Source: an uncultured Acidobacteriota bacterium (lineage in GTDB: Bacteria; Acidobacteriota; Thermoanaerobaculia; Multivoradales; UBA5704). Taken from it: 64,000 nucleotides of DNA. Made by a program: the position numbers and the translations under genes. The stretch is from contig OY969474.1 of assembly GCA_963700145.1 (NCBI GenBank), positions 160,001 through 224,000 on the forward strand, in the 5' to 3' direction. Position 1 is the first letter of the stretch, and each line of letters opens with the position of its first letter. Below the pieces are notes generated by a model. The model saw only the letters and a list, made by a program, of their open reading frames with translations, did no database searches and had not been told where the DNA came from. This document shows positions 1 through 7,916 of the stretch, piece after piece.

Positions 1-1007
1 CGCGGCTCGCGCAACGCGTAGCTCTGAAAGCCGTGGATGCCGCCGCCGTGCTCCTCGAAGTGGTGGCCGCGCCAGTCGCTCACCCCCCAGCCGTAGCCGT
101 AGCCGGTGGTCTTGCCGTCAGTCAGCTTGGAGGACATCCAGGCGCGCGCCAGCAGCTCCTTCGGCAGGAGCTTGCCGCCGTCGAGCGCGGCGTTCCAGAG
201 CGCCAGGTCGTCCACCGTCGAGACCAGCGCCCCGGCGGCGTAGGGCTGGGTCATGCTGAGGTACGAGGCGTTCTCCCATCCGGAAGGCGTGCGCTGGTAG
301 CCCGCCACGCGCCCCGGGACGATCGGCGTGGTGTGCCCGTAGCCGGTGCGCTTCATGCCGAGCGGCGCGAAGATGCGGCTCCGCAGCAGCTCCTCGTAGC
401 TCTGCCCCGAGGCCTTCTCGAGCACCGCGCCGAGGAGGACGTAGCCGGAGTTGTTGTAGAGCCACCTCTCCCCCGGCGCGAAGTCCATCGGCTGGTCCTT
501 GAACAGCGCGACGAGCTGCTCCAGCGTCATGTCCTCGCGCCAGCGTGTCTGCCACTCCGGCAGCGACGTGTAGCTCTTGATCCCGGAGGTGTGGGTGAGG
601 AGGTGCTCGACGGTGATCTTCTTGCCGTGCGTCGGGAAGTCGGGGAGGAACTTGGTGATCTCGTCGTCGAGCGCCAGCTTCCCTTCCTGAACGAGGAGCA
701 GCGCCGCCACAGCGGTGAACTGCTTGGTCACCGAGCCGATGCGGAAGACCATCTCCGGCTCGATCGGCACGCCGAGCTCGACGTTGGCGAGCCCGTAGCC
801 CTCGCGCAGGACGACTTGGCCGTCGTCGACGACGATCACCGCCGCCCCCGGCTCCTGGGCCGAGTAGGCGCTGCGCAGGTAGGAATCGATGCGCTGCGCG
901 CGGTCGCCCTGCGCGGCGGGTGCGGCCGCCGGGGCTTGCGCGAACGAGGCGCCGGAGGCGAGGAGCAGGACGAGGGCGCCGGCGGCGCGAGTCCGGGGCC
1001 GGCTCAC
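1..1007 (-). CDS. Serine hydrolase, beta-lactamase/AmpC-like family (runs off the window edge)
   Basis: Manual minus-strand translation gives FRIGSVTKQFTA (SxxK), LLTHTSGI and YNNSGYVLLG. GTG start at 1007 overlaps the TGA of the upstream gene; signal-peptide-like N-terminus. Confidence 0.85.
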   Translation of the reverse strand, partial: MSRPRTRAAGALVLLLASGASFAQAPAAAPAAQGDRAQRIDSYLRSAYSAQEPGAAVIVVDDGQVVLREGYGLANVELGVPIEPEMVFRIGSVTKQFTAVAALLLVQEGKLALDDEITKFLPDFPTHGKKITVEHLLTHTSGIKSYTSLPEWQTRWREDMTLEQLVALFKDQPMDFAPGERWLYNNSGYVLLGAVLEKASGQSYEELLRSRIFAPLGMKRTGYGHTTPIVPGRVAGYQRTPSGWENASYLSMTQPYAAGALVSTVDDLALWNAALDGGKLLPKELLARAWMSSKLTDGKTTGYGYGWGVSDWRGHHFEEHGGGIHGFQSYALREP

Positions 1008-1555
1008 GACCGCGCCTCCCCGCCGTTCCACCCCATCCGTTCGCGCAGCGCGGTGATGTGGGCGACGTGGTGCCGCCCGTGCCAGGCGTAGACACCGAGG
1101 AGGTCGCCGATCGTCATCACCCCCCACTCCGGGTGCTTCCAGGTCCGGGCGAAGGCAGCCGGCGGCAGCGACCGCAGGCAGAGCACCCAGCGCTCGTGCA
1201 GGCTGTCGAGGAGGGCGAGCGAGACCGCGAGCGGCGCCGTCCGCGCCTCCGGCAGCTCCGCCCAGCGCGCCTCCTGGTAGGTGCGGATCGCCGGCTCCTC
1301 CTCGGTCAGCGCCAGCTTGCAGCGGACGTAGGCGTTGAGGTGGCTGTCGGGGAGGTGGTGGACCACCTGCCGCACCGTCCAGCCGCCAGGGCGGTAGGGG
1401 GTGTCGAGCTGCGCGTCGTCCAGCCCGGCGACGGCGGCGCGCACGTTCTCGGGCACGGCGGCGATCTCCTCGATCCAGCCGGCGCGGGTCTCGTCGGTCG
1501 TCTCCGCCGGCCGCCCGAAGCGGCCGATCGGGTAGCGCAGGTCGGGTTCGGACAT
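1004..1555 (-). CDS. yfiT: YfiT/BstA-like DinB-family thiol S-transferase / metal-dependent hydrolase
   Basis: DLRYPIG start, LDTPYRPGGWTVRQVVHHLPDSH, YAWHGRHHVAHI. Confidence 0.9.
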   Translation of the reverse strand: MSEPDLRYPIGRFGRPAETTDETRAGWIEEIAAVPENVRAAVAGLDDAQLDTPYRPGGWTVRQVVHHLPDSHLNAYVRCKLALTEEEPAIRTYQEARWAELPEARTAPLAVSLALLDSLHERWVLCLRSLPPAAFARTWKHPEWGVMTIGDLLGVYAWHGRHHVAHITALRERMGWNGGEARS

Positions 1556-1561
1556 CGGCTC

Positions 1562-2608
1562 TCAGCCTCCTTCCCAGTCCCAGAAGAGATCCTTGTTCGT
1601 CAGCTCCGGCTCCTCGACCGGCAGCTCCTCCGGCGCCAGCTCGCCGCGGATCGCGGCGAGCTGCTCCTCCAGGTCGCCGGTCTCGCGCTGCCAGTAGTCC
1701 TCGGTGCCGAAGTGCGGCCAGGCGGCGGGGAAGGCGGGGTCGTGCCAGCGGCGGGCGAGCCAGGCGGCGTAGTGGATGATCCGCATGCCGCGCAGCGGCT
1801 CGACGAGCACGAGGGTCGACCGGTCGAAGGCACGGAAGCGCTCGTAGCCTTCGAGGAAGCGCTCGCGCAGGCCGGCGGTCCAGCGGTCGCGGCCGGGGAG
1901 CGCGAGCCAGAGGTCCTGCACCGCCGGGCCCGCCGCCATGTCGTCGAAGTCGAGGAGGCGGAGCACGCCGTCGCGCAGCAGGACGTTGCCCAAGTGGAGG
2001 TCGGCGTGGATGCGGTGGACCGGGACGCCAGTGAGCGCCCGCTCGGCCAAGTCGGCGATGGCGTGCGCCGCCGCGAAGTAGCGGCCGGCGAGGCCGCGCG
2101 GCACGACGCCTTGGTCCTCCATCCAGGCGAGCTCCTGCCGCACGTAGACCCCCGGCTCCAGGCGGATGCGGTGCGGCGCCTCCCGCCGCGCGCCGACGTT
2201 GTGCATCCGCGCCACGATCATCCCCAGCCGCTCGGCGAGCGGCGCGTCCAGCTCGTCGGGGGCGCGGCCGCCGCGCCGGTCGGCGAGGCTGTACCAGATG
2301 TTCTCGATCCGCCGCAGGGTGCCGCCGCCGGGGAACTCGCGCATCGTGCAGACCGGCAGCTCCTCGGCGGCGAGGTCGTCGAGGAAGCGGTGCTCGTCGA
2401 GGATCTGCTCCTCGCTCCAGCGCTCCGGCCGGTAGAACTTGGCGACGACGCGCGAGCGGTCGGCCAGCTCCACCTCGTAGACCCGGTTCTCGAACGAGTT
2501 GAGCGGGTAGCAGACCGGGTTGACGGCGAGGCCGCCGGCCTCGACCGCGGAGAGCACCCGCTCGGGGGTCAGCGCTAAGAAGAGGTCAGTGGCGTCTTCG
2601 GCGGACAC
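1562..2608 (-). CDS. srkA: Ser/Thr stress kinase SrkA/RdoA (YihE), APH-like
   Basis: LNSFENRVY, VAKFYRPERWS, HADLHLGN, LDFDD, GPAVQDLW, WLARRWHDPAFP. Confidence 0.92.
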   Translation of the reverse strand: MSAEDATDLFLALTPERVLSAVEAGGLAVNPVCYPLNSFENRVYEVELADRSRVVAKFYRPERWSEEQILDEHRFLDDLAAEELPVCTMREFPGGGTLRRIENIWYSLADRRGGRAPDELDAPLAERLGMIVARMHNVGARREAPHRIRLEPGVYVRQELAWMEDQGVVPRGLAGRYFAAAHAIADLAERALTGVPVHRIHADLHLGNVLLRDGVLRLLDFDDMAAGPAVQDLWLALPGRDRWTAGLRERFLEGYERFRAFDRSTLVLVEPLRGMRIIHYAAWLARRWHDPAFPAAWPHFGTEDYWQRETGDLEEQLAAIRGELAPEELPVEEPELTNKDLFWDWEGG

Positions 2609-2629
2609 CCGCCGAATGTAGCAGAGCGA

Positions 2630-3379
2630 CTACAAGTGCCTGCGCACCCACCTCGCCTTCCGCATCCTTCGCTCGACCGTCCGCACCATGCGGCGGTAGG
2701 CGCGGCTGTCGCTGCCCGGGTGCCAGCTCCGCGGGCGGGGCAGGGCGGCGGCGAGCTGCGCCGCCTCGTGCTCGGTCAGGCTGCGCGCCGACTTGCCGAA
2801 CCAGTGGCGGCTGGCGGCCTCGGCGCCGTAGATCCCCGGACCCCACTCGACGACGTTGAGGTAGAGCTCGAGGATGCGCCGCTTCGACAGCTCGCGCTCG
2901 AGCTGGGCGGTGAGCAGCGCTTCCTTGACCTTGCGCAGCGGGTTGCGCGACGGCGAGAGCCAGAGGTTCTTGGCGAGCTGCTGGGTGATCGTCGAGGCGC
3001 CGCGCGGCACGGTCTTCTCTTCCAGCGCCTTGTCGAGCGCGGCGCGCAGCTCGCGGCGGGAGAAGCCGTCGTGGGAGAAGAACTCGATGTCCTCGGCGAC
3101 GACGACGGCGTGCTTCAGGTTGCGCGAGAGGCGCGAGCCGGGGACCCAGCGCCAGGAGACCTCGCGCTCCGGCCCCAGCCCGAGCCAGCCGCCGCGCCGC
3201 CAGCGCTCGATGAAGGCGGTCGTCTCCGGCGGCTCGCCGGCGAGCGCGTCCACGTCCGGCCAGGTGCCGATCTGCCAGCCCAGCCAGAGCGCACCGGCCG
3301 CGACCGCGATGCCGAAGAGGCGCGCGCACCCGCGCCGTTTCCGGCCCTCGCGCGGCGCCGCGTACGGGGGTGCGACCAT
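2630..3379 (-). CDS. mtgA: Monofunctional peptidoglycan transglycosylase (GT51)
   Basis: AEDIEFFSHDGF, RGASTITQQLAKNL, RKVKE, KRRILELYLN; N-terminal TM helix; start taken at ATG 3379. Confidence 0.9.
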   Translation of the reverse strand: MVAPPYAAPREGRKRRGCARLFGIAVAAGALWLGWQIGTWPDVDALAGEPPETTAFIERWRRGGWLGLGPEREVSWRWVPGSRLSRNLKHAVVVAEDIEFFSHDGFSRRELRAALDKALEEKTVPRGASTITQQLAKNLWLSPSRNPLRKVKEALLTAQLERELSKRRILELYLNVVEWGPGIYGAEAASRHWFGKSARSLTEHEAAQLAAALPRPRSWHPGSDSRAYRRMVRTVERRMRKARWVRRHL

Positions 3380-3414
3380 GAAGGCCGGCAGCTTAGCAGC
3401 GCCTCGCCGGGACT

Positions 3415-3453
3415 CCCTCCCCCGCGAACAGCGGGGGAGGGCCGGGGAGGGGG
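3415..3453. repeat. GC-rich REP-like hairpin CCCTCCCCCGC-gaaca-GCGGGGGAGGG followed by CCGGGGAGGGGG
   Basis: Perfect 11-bp stem (3415-3425 / 3431-3441) in the divergent intergenic region. Confidence 0.55.
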
Positions 3454-3551
3454 TATCGAAGTCAGTGCAGTAAGGTCGTTGACGCGACACCCTCCGCGCG
3501 ACCCGCAAGGTCCGTAGCCTCTTCAAGGTCGCCCGAGTTCATACTCCCGGT

Positions 3552-4574
3552 GTGCCGCCGATCACCGTCCCGCTCCACCTCCCCGAGCTGGCGCCCGGCG
3601 CCTGGCTCCAGGGGCCGGCGGTCTCGCTCGCCTTCGCGCGCGGCGCCGTGGTGCTGGTCGATTTCTGGGAGGCGACCTGCGTCAACTGCCTGCGCGCGCT
3701 GCCCTACACCGTCGCCTGGCACCGGCGCTACGGCGGGCGCGGGCTGGTCGTCGTCGGCGTCCACACGCCGGAGTTCGAGCTGACCAAGGACCCGGCGGTG
3801 GTGGCCGCCGTGGCCCGCGAGCTGGGGATCGAGTACCCGATCCTCCTCGACGACGACCGCCAGACCTGGAGCCGCTTCGCCAACCGCTACTGGCCCGCCA
3901 AGTACCTGGCCGACGCGCGCGGCTACCTGCGCTACGAGCACTTCGGCGAGGGAGCGTACGGCGGGACCGAGCGCTGGATCCAGACGCTGCTGCGCGAGGC
4001 CGGCGACACGGGGCCGTACCCCGAGCCGCTGGCGCCGCTCCGGCCGGAGGACGCGCCCGGCGCGGTCTGCCACCCGGCGACCCGCGAGCTCTACCTCGGC
4101 TACCACCGCGGGCGGCTGCTGGCGCCCGAAGGCTACCGCCCGGAGGAGGAGGTGCGGCACGCCGGCCGCCCGGAGCCGGCGCCGGAGGGGATGGCCTCGG
4201 CGCGCGGCCTCTGGCGCCACGAGGCCGAGTACCTGGAGGCGCGCGAGGCCGGGGCCGAGCTGGAGCTGCTGTTCGAGGCCGCCGGGGTGCAGGCGGTGGC
4301 GGGGCCGGCGGGAGAGCTGGAGGTGGAGCTGGACGGCGCGCCCGTGCCCGCCGCCTGGCGCGGCGAGGACGTCGTCGAGCGCGACGGCCGCACGGTGGCG
4401 GTCTGGGAGCGGCCGCGGATGATCCGCCTTCTCGCCGGCGCCCCCTTCGCCCGCCGACTCCTCCGCGTCCGCGCCCTTCGCCCCGGCGTGCGGCTCTACA
4501 CCTTCACCTTCACGAGCTGCCTGCTGCCGGAGGCGGAGAGCGGTCAGCTCCCGGCGGGCGTCAGCCGCCGGTAG
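3552..4574 (+). CDS. Redoxin/DipZ-like thioredoxin-fold protein
   Basis: VLVDFWEATCVNC (CxxC), VVGVHTPEF, NRYWPAKYL, HFGEG, plus a DipZ-type C-terminal domain. Confidence 0.85.
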   Translation: MPPITVPLHLPELAPGAWLQGPAVSLAFARGAVVLVDFWEATCVNCLRALPYTVAWHRRYGGRGLVVVGVHTPEFELTKDPAVVAAVARELGIEYPILLDDDRQTWSRFANRYWPAKYLADARGYLRYEHFGEGAYGGTERWIQTLLREAGDTGPYPEPLAPLRPEDAPGAVCHPATRELYLGYHRGRLLAPEGYRPEEEVRHAGRPEPAPEGMASARGLWRHEAEYLEAREAGAELELLFEAAGVQAVAGPAGELEVELDGAPVPAAWRGEDVVERDGRTVAVWERPRMIRLLAGAPFARRLLRVRALRPGVRLYTFTFTSCLLPEAESGQLPAGVSRR

Positions 4575-5146
4575 TCGTCCGGCGTGTCGACGTCGTCCAC
4601 GACGCCGGGGTCGTCGACCTCCACCTCCAATAGCGCCTCGGGATGGCGGTCGCGGAGCTGGCGGAGGCCGACGGCGGGGTCGAGGGTGGAGACCTCGGCG
4701 ACGAGCGACGGAGCGATGAGCAGCGGATGGCCCCGGCGGCCGCGGAAGACCGGCTCGACGAGCCCGGCGCCGCTCTCCGCCTGGCGGGCGAGGAGATGCG
4801 CGACGGTCTCGGGGCGCAGCGCCGGCAGGTCGGCGGGGCAGACCAGGAGGGGCCCGCGGCCGACGAGCCCCGCCGCGCCGCCGAAGGCCTCGATCCCGGC
4901 CAGCACGCTCCACAGCATGCCGCGCTCCGGCGCCGGGTTGAGGGTGAAGCCGATCCCCTCCTGCGCCGCCCACTCGCCGAGCCCCTTGTCGTCGGGGTCG
5001 ATGACGACGACCACCTCGTCGACGCCGCCGGCACGCAGGGCCGCCACCACGGCGCCGATCATCGTCTCCTCGCCGTAGGGGAGGAGGAGCTTCGGAAAGC
5101 CCATGCGGCGCGAGGCGCCGGCGGCGGGGAGGACGGCGACGGGCAT
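4544..5146 (-). CDS. mocA: MobA/MocA-like nucleotidyltransferase (likely Moco cytidylyltransferase)
   Basis: AAGASRRMGFPKLLL, PADLP, GRRGHP, DVDTPDDY; same strand as and near a xanthine-oxidase-family cluster. Confidence 0.75.
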   Translation of the reverse strand: MPVAVLPAAGASRRMGFPKLLLPYGEETMIGAVVAALRAGGVDEVVVVIDPDDKGLGEWAAQEGIGFTLNPAPERGMLWSVLAGIEAFGGAAGLVGRGPLLVCPADLPALRPETVAHLLARQAESGAGLVEPVFRGRRGHPLLIAPSLVAEVSTLDPAVGLRQLRDRHPEALLEVEVDDPGVVDDVDTPDDYRRLTPAGS

Positions 5147-5179
5147 GCGGCATTATGCTCCGCGGCGAGGAGCACCCGC

Positions 5180-6757
5180 ATGCCGTACCCGCCGCGCCGC
5201 CGCACCCTCCTCTCCGCGCTCGCCCTCTGCCTCGCCGCGCTGCCGTGCGCCGCCGCGGCGCTCGCGGTGCCGCCCCCGCCGGCCGACCGCGCCGACCGCT
5301 TCGGCGTCTACCACTGGGGCGCCGACTACTCGGCTTGGCCGGGCAGCCCCGACCGGCTCAACTGGGGTGCCGACCGCGTCGCGGCGCTGGGCAGCCGCAC
5401 GCTCCGCGTCTTCTTGGGCGGCAGCGAGTTCTACGACGTCAACCCCGAGCCGAACGCGCGCGACGACGGCTTCCTGCGCCGCGTCGCCGCCGCGCCGGCC
5501 TACCGCCGGCTCTTCCGCGACCCACGCTTCCGCACCTACCTGCTGACGGTCTACCCGTCGGGCGCGTTCGCCGTCTGGCGGGACGGCCTCGATCCGGCGG
5601 AGGCGGCGAGCGAGCGCGAGCAGGTCGCCCGCCTCGGCGCGGCGCTCCTCGCCGACCCGGCGCACGCCGGCAAGAGCTTCATCGTCCTCAACTGGGAGGG
5701 CGACCACGCGACCGCCGCGCTGGCCGCGGACGACCCGCTGTGGGACGACTTCGCCGCCTGGGTCGAGGCCCGCGCCGCCGGCGTGCGCGACGCGCGGGCG
5801 CGGGTACCGGGGAGCGCCGCGCGGCTCTACTCGGGGCTGGAGTTCAACTTCGTCGAGGAGCGGAGCGAGGCGGCGGGGCGCAACGTGCGTTGCGGCGAGG
5901 CGGGCACGCGCTGCGTCATCGACGCGGTGGCGCCGCGCGTGGCGGTGGACTACTACTCGTACTCGGCGTGGCAGAGCCTCAACGTCAAGCTCGCCGCGCC
6001 GCGGGCCAGCCTGCGCGAGCGGCTCGGCGCGGACCTCGCGTTCGCGTTGCGCGCGGTGCGGGCGCGGCGGCCGCAGGTGACGGCCGCCAACTTCATCCTC
6101 GGCGAGGTCGGCTTCGCCCGCTCGCTCTACGGCGAGTGCGCGGCGGCGCGCTACCTCGACGAGGCGCTGGCCGCGGCCGAGGCCGCCGGCGTCTCCTATG
6201 CCGTCGTCTGGCAGGCGCTCGACAACCGCTGGCGGGTGGAGGACGGCGCGACGCGCACGCTGACCAGCTGCGACGCGCCCGACTGGCTGCTCTACGGCCT
6301 CCACCGCGGCGACGACGGCGGCAGGACGCTCCTCGGCGCGACTTTCGCCGCCTTCCTCCGCGGCGGCGCGGCGGTGCTGCCCGCCCGCTGCCCGCGGATC
6401 GTCGCCGGCGGCGTCCAGAACCCGGCGGCGCTCGGCAGCGCGCGCTTCGCGCCGGGGAGCCCGCTCGCCGTCCTCGGCAGCGGCTTCTCGCCGGCCGGCA
6501 ACCGCGTTCAGGTCCTTCAGGCCCACGTCGTCGGCGACGACGTGCCCGACCCCAACGTGCGGCTGACGCTGGCGCCGGCCGCCGGCGGCGCGCCCTGGGC
6601 CGAGTCGCGGCGGCGCATCGAGACGGCGCTCCCGCGCGAGCCGCTCCACGACGGCTGCGCACTGGTCTGGGTCACCACCGCCGAGGGGATCGACTCCAAC
6701 GGCCGCCTGGTCTGGATCCGAGCGCCCGTGCAGCCGCAACCCGACAAGGGCAACTGA
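5180..6757 (+). CDS. Secreted hypothetical protein, possible glycoside-hydrolase-like barrel plus C-terminal Ig/IPT-like domain
   Basis: Signal peptide (RRRTLLSALALCLAA), typical codon usage, NWEGD and ILGEVG motifs, beta-rich C-terminus (VLGSGFSPAGNRV). Confidence 0.6.
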   Translation: MPYPPRRRTLLSALALCLAALPCAAAALAVPPPPADRADRFGVYHWGADYSAWPGSPDRLNWGADRVAALGSRTLRVFLGGSEFYDVNPEPNARDDGFLRRVAAAPAYRRLFRDPRFRTYLLTVYPSGAFAVWRDGLDPAEAASEREQVARLGAALLADPAHAGKSFIVLNWEGDHATAALAADDPLWDDFAAWVEARAAGVRDARARVPGSAARLYSGLEFNFVEERSEAAGRNVRCGEAGTRCVIDAVAPRVAVDYYSYSAWQSLNVKLAAPRASLRERLGADLAFALRAVRARRPQVTAANFILGEVGFARSLYGECAAARYLDEALAAAEAAGVSYAVVWQALDNRWRVEDGATRTLTSCDAPDWLLYGLHRGDDGGRTLLGATFAAFLRGGAAVLPARCPRIVAGGVQNPAALGSARFAPGSPLAVLGSGFSPAGNRVQVLQAHVVGDDVPDPNVRLTLAPAAGGAPWAESRRRIETALPREPLHDGCALVWVTTAEGIDSNGRLVWIRAPVQPQPDKGN

Positions 6758-6848
6758 CCCCCCGCCCAGATCCTTCGCTGCCGCTCAGGATGACGTGTAG
6801 CTGTCATCCTGAGCGAAGCGCAGCGCAGCGAAGTATCTGGGGGCAGGG
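6758..6848. repeat. REP/BIME-like element, copy 1
   Basis: CCCAGATCCTTCGC..GCTCAGGATGAC followed by its inverse GTCATCCTGAGC..GCGAAGTATCTGGG; lies between convergent genes. Confidence 0.85.
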
Positions 6849-6859
6849 AGCGCTGCAGG

Positions 6860-7903
6860 TCAGAGGATGGCCAGCGGGTGCTTGGGCGCCGGGCGCTCGA
6901 CCGGGAGACCGGCGGCTTCGCGCAGGGCGGCCTCGGCGTAGGCCTCGACCATCTTGACGCGCCACTGGGTCTGGAAGTCGGTGTTGTCCATCGGCGTCGC
7001 CGCCTGACGGGCGAGGCGCGCGGCTTCTGCGATCAGCTCCGGCGTCGGCCGCTCTCCGGTGAGGAGCGCCTCGGCCGCCGGCACCGCCAGCGGCTGCGAG
7101 GAGACGGCGCCGAGCACCAGGCGCGCGCGCTCGATCGTGCCGTCGGGCGCGGTCCAGAGCGCCGCGGCGGCGGAGAGCACCGCGAAGTCGATCGAGCCGC
7201 GGCGGCGCAGCTTCCAGAAGCTGCCGCGGCAGCGGGAGGCGTCCGCGTCCCCCGGCACCACGACCTCGGTCAGGATCTCGTCCGGCCGCTTCGCCAGGTA
7301 GTCGATGCCGTCGTCGCGGTAGAGCGCCGCGAGCGGCACCTCGCGCTCGCCGGCGGCCGAGACCAGCCGCACGCGCGCGCCGAGCGCCAGGAGCACCGGC
7401 GCCGAGTCCGAGGCCGCGTGCGCCCAGCAGCGCGGCGAGCTGGTCGCCACCCAGCAGATCTCCCCTTCCTCTTTCATGCAGAAGGCGATCGAGCGCCGCC
7501 AGTCCTCGGTCTGGTTGTAGTAGGTGCAGCGGGTGTCGACGCAGAGGTTGCCGCCGAGCGTCCCCATCTGGCGCAACGGCGGCGAGGAGATGGAGGCCAC
7601 GGCGCGCGCCAGCGCCGGCCAGCGCCCGCGCACCGCCGGATGGCGCGCCAGGTCGTCGAGGATCGTCGTCGCGCCGACCCGCAGCTCGCCGTTGGCGCGC
7701 ACGCCGGCCAAGTCCGGCACCCCCATCAGGCTCACCACCGTCGCCGCCTTCTGGTGGCGCCGCTTCATGTTTGGCCAGAGGTCGGTGCCGCCGGCCACCA
7801 AGCGCACCGGCTGCCCCTCGCCGGCCCCTTCGCCGGCGAGAAGCGCCGCCGCCTCGGCGAGGCTCTGCGGCCGCAGGAAGCGGAAGCGGGGGAGGCGGAG
7901 CAC
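6860..7903 (-). CDS. hcrB: 4-hydroxybenzoyl-CoA reductase-like beta (FAD + [4Fe-4S]) subunit
   Basis: AGGTDL and GTLGGNL FAD motifs; Cys insert RCTYYNQ..FCMK..ICW..RC typical of HcrB. Confidence 0.85.
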   Translation of the reverse strand: MLRLPRFRFLRPQSLAEAAALLAGEGAGEGQPVRLVAGGTDLWPNMKRRHQKAATVVSLMGVPDLAGVRANGELRVGATTILDDLARHPAVRGRWPALARAVASISSPPLRQMGTLGGNLCVDTRCTYYNQTEDWRRSIAFCMKEEGEICWVATSSPRCWAHAASDSAPVLLALGARVRLVSAAGEREVPLAALYRDDGIDYLAKRPDEILTEVVVPGDADASRCRGSFWKLRRRGSIDFAVLSAAAALWTAPDGTIERARLVLGAVSSQPLAVPAAEALLTGERPTPELIAEAARLARQAATPMDNTDFQTQWRVKMVEAYAEAALREAAGLPVERPAPKHPLAIL

Positions 7904-7916
7904 CGGAGGGGAGCGC

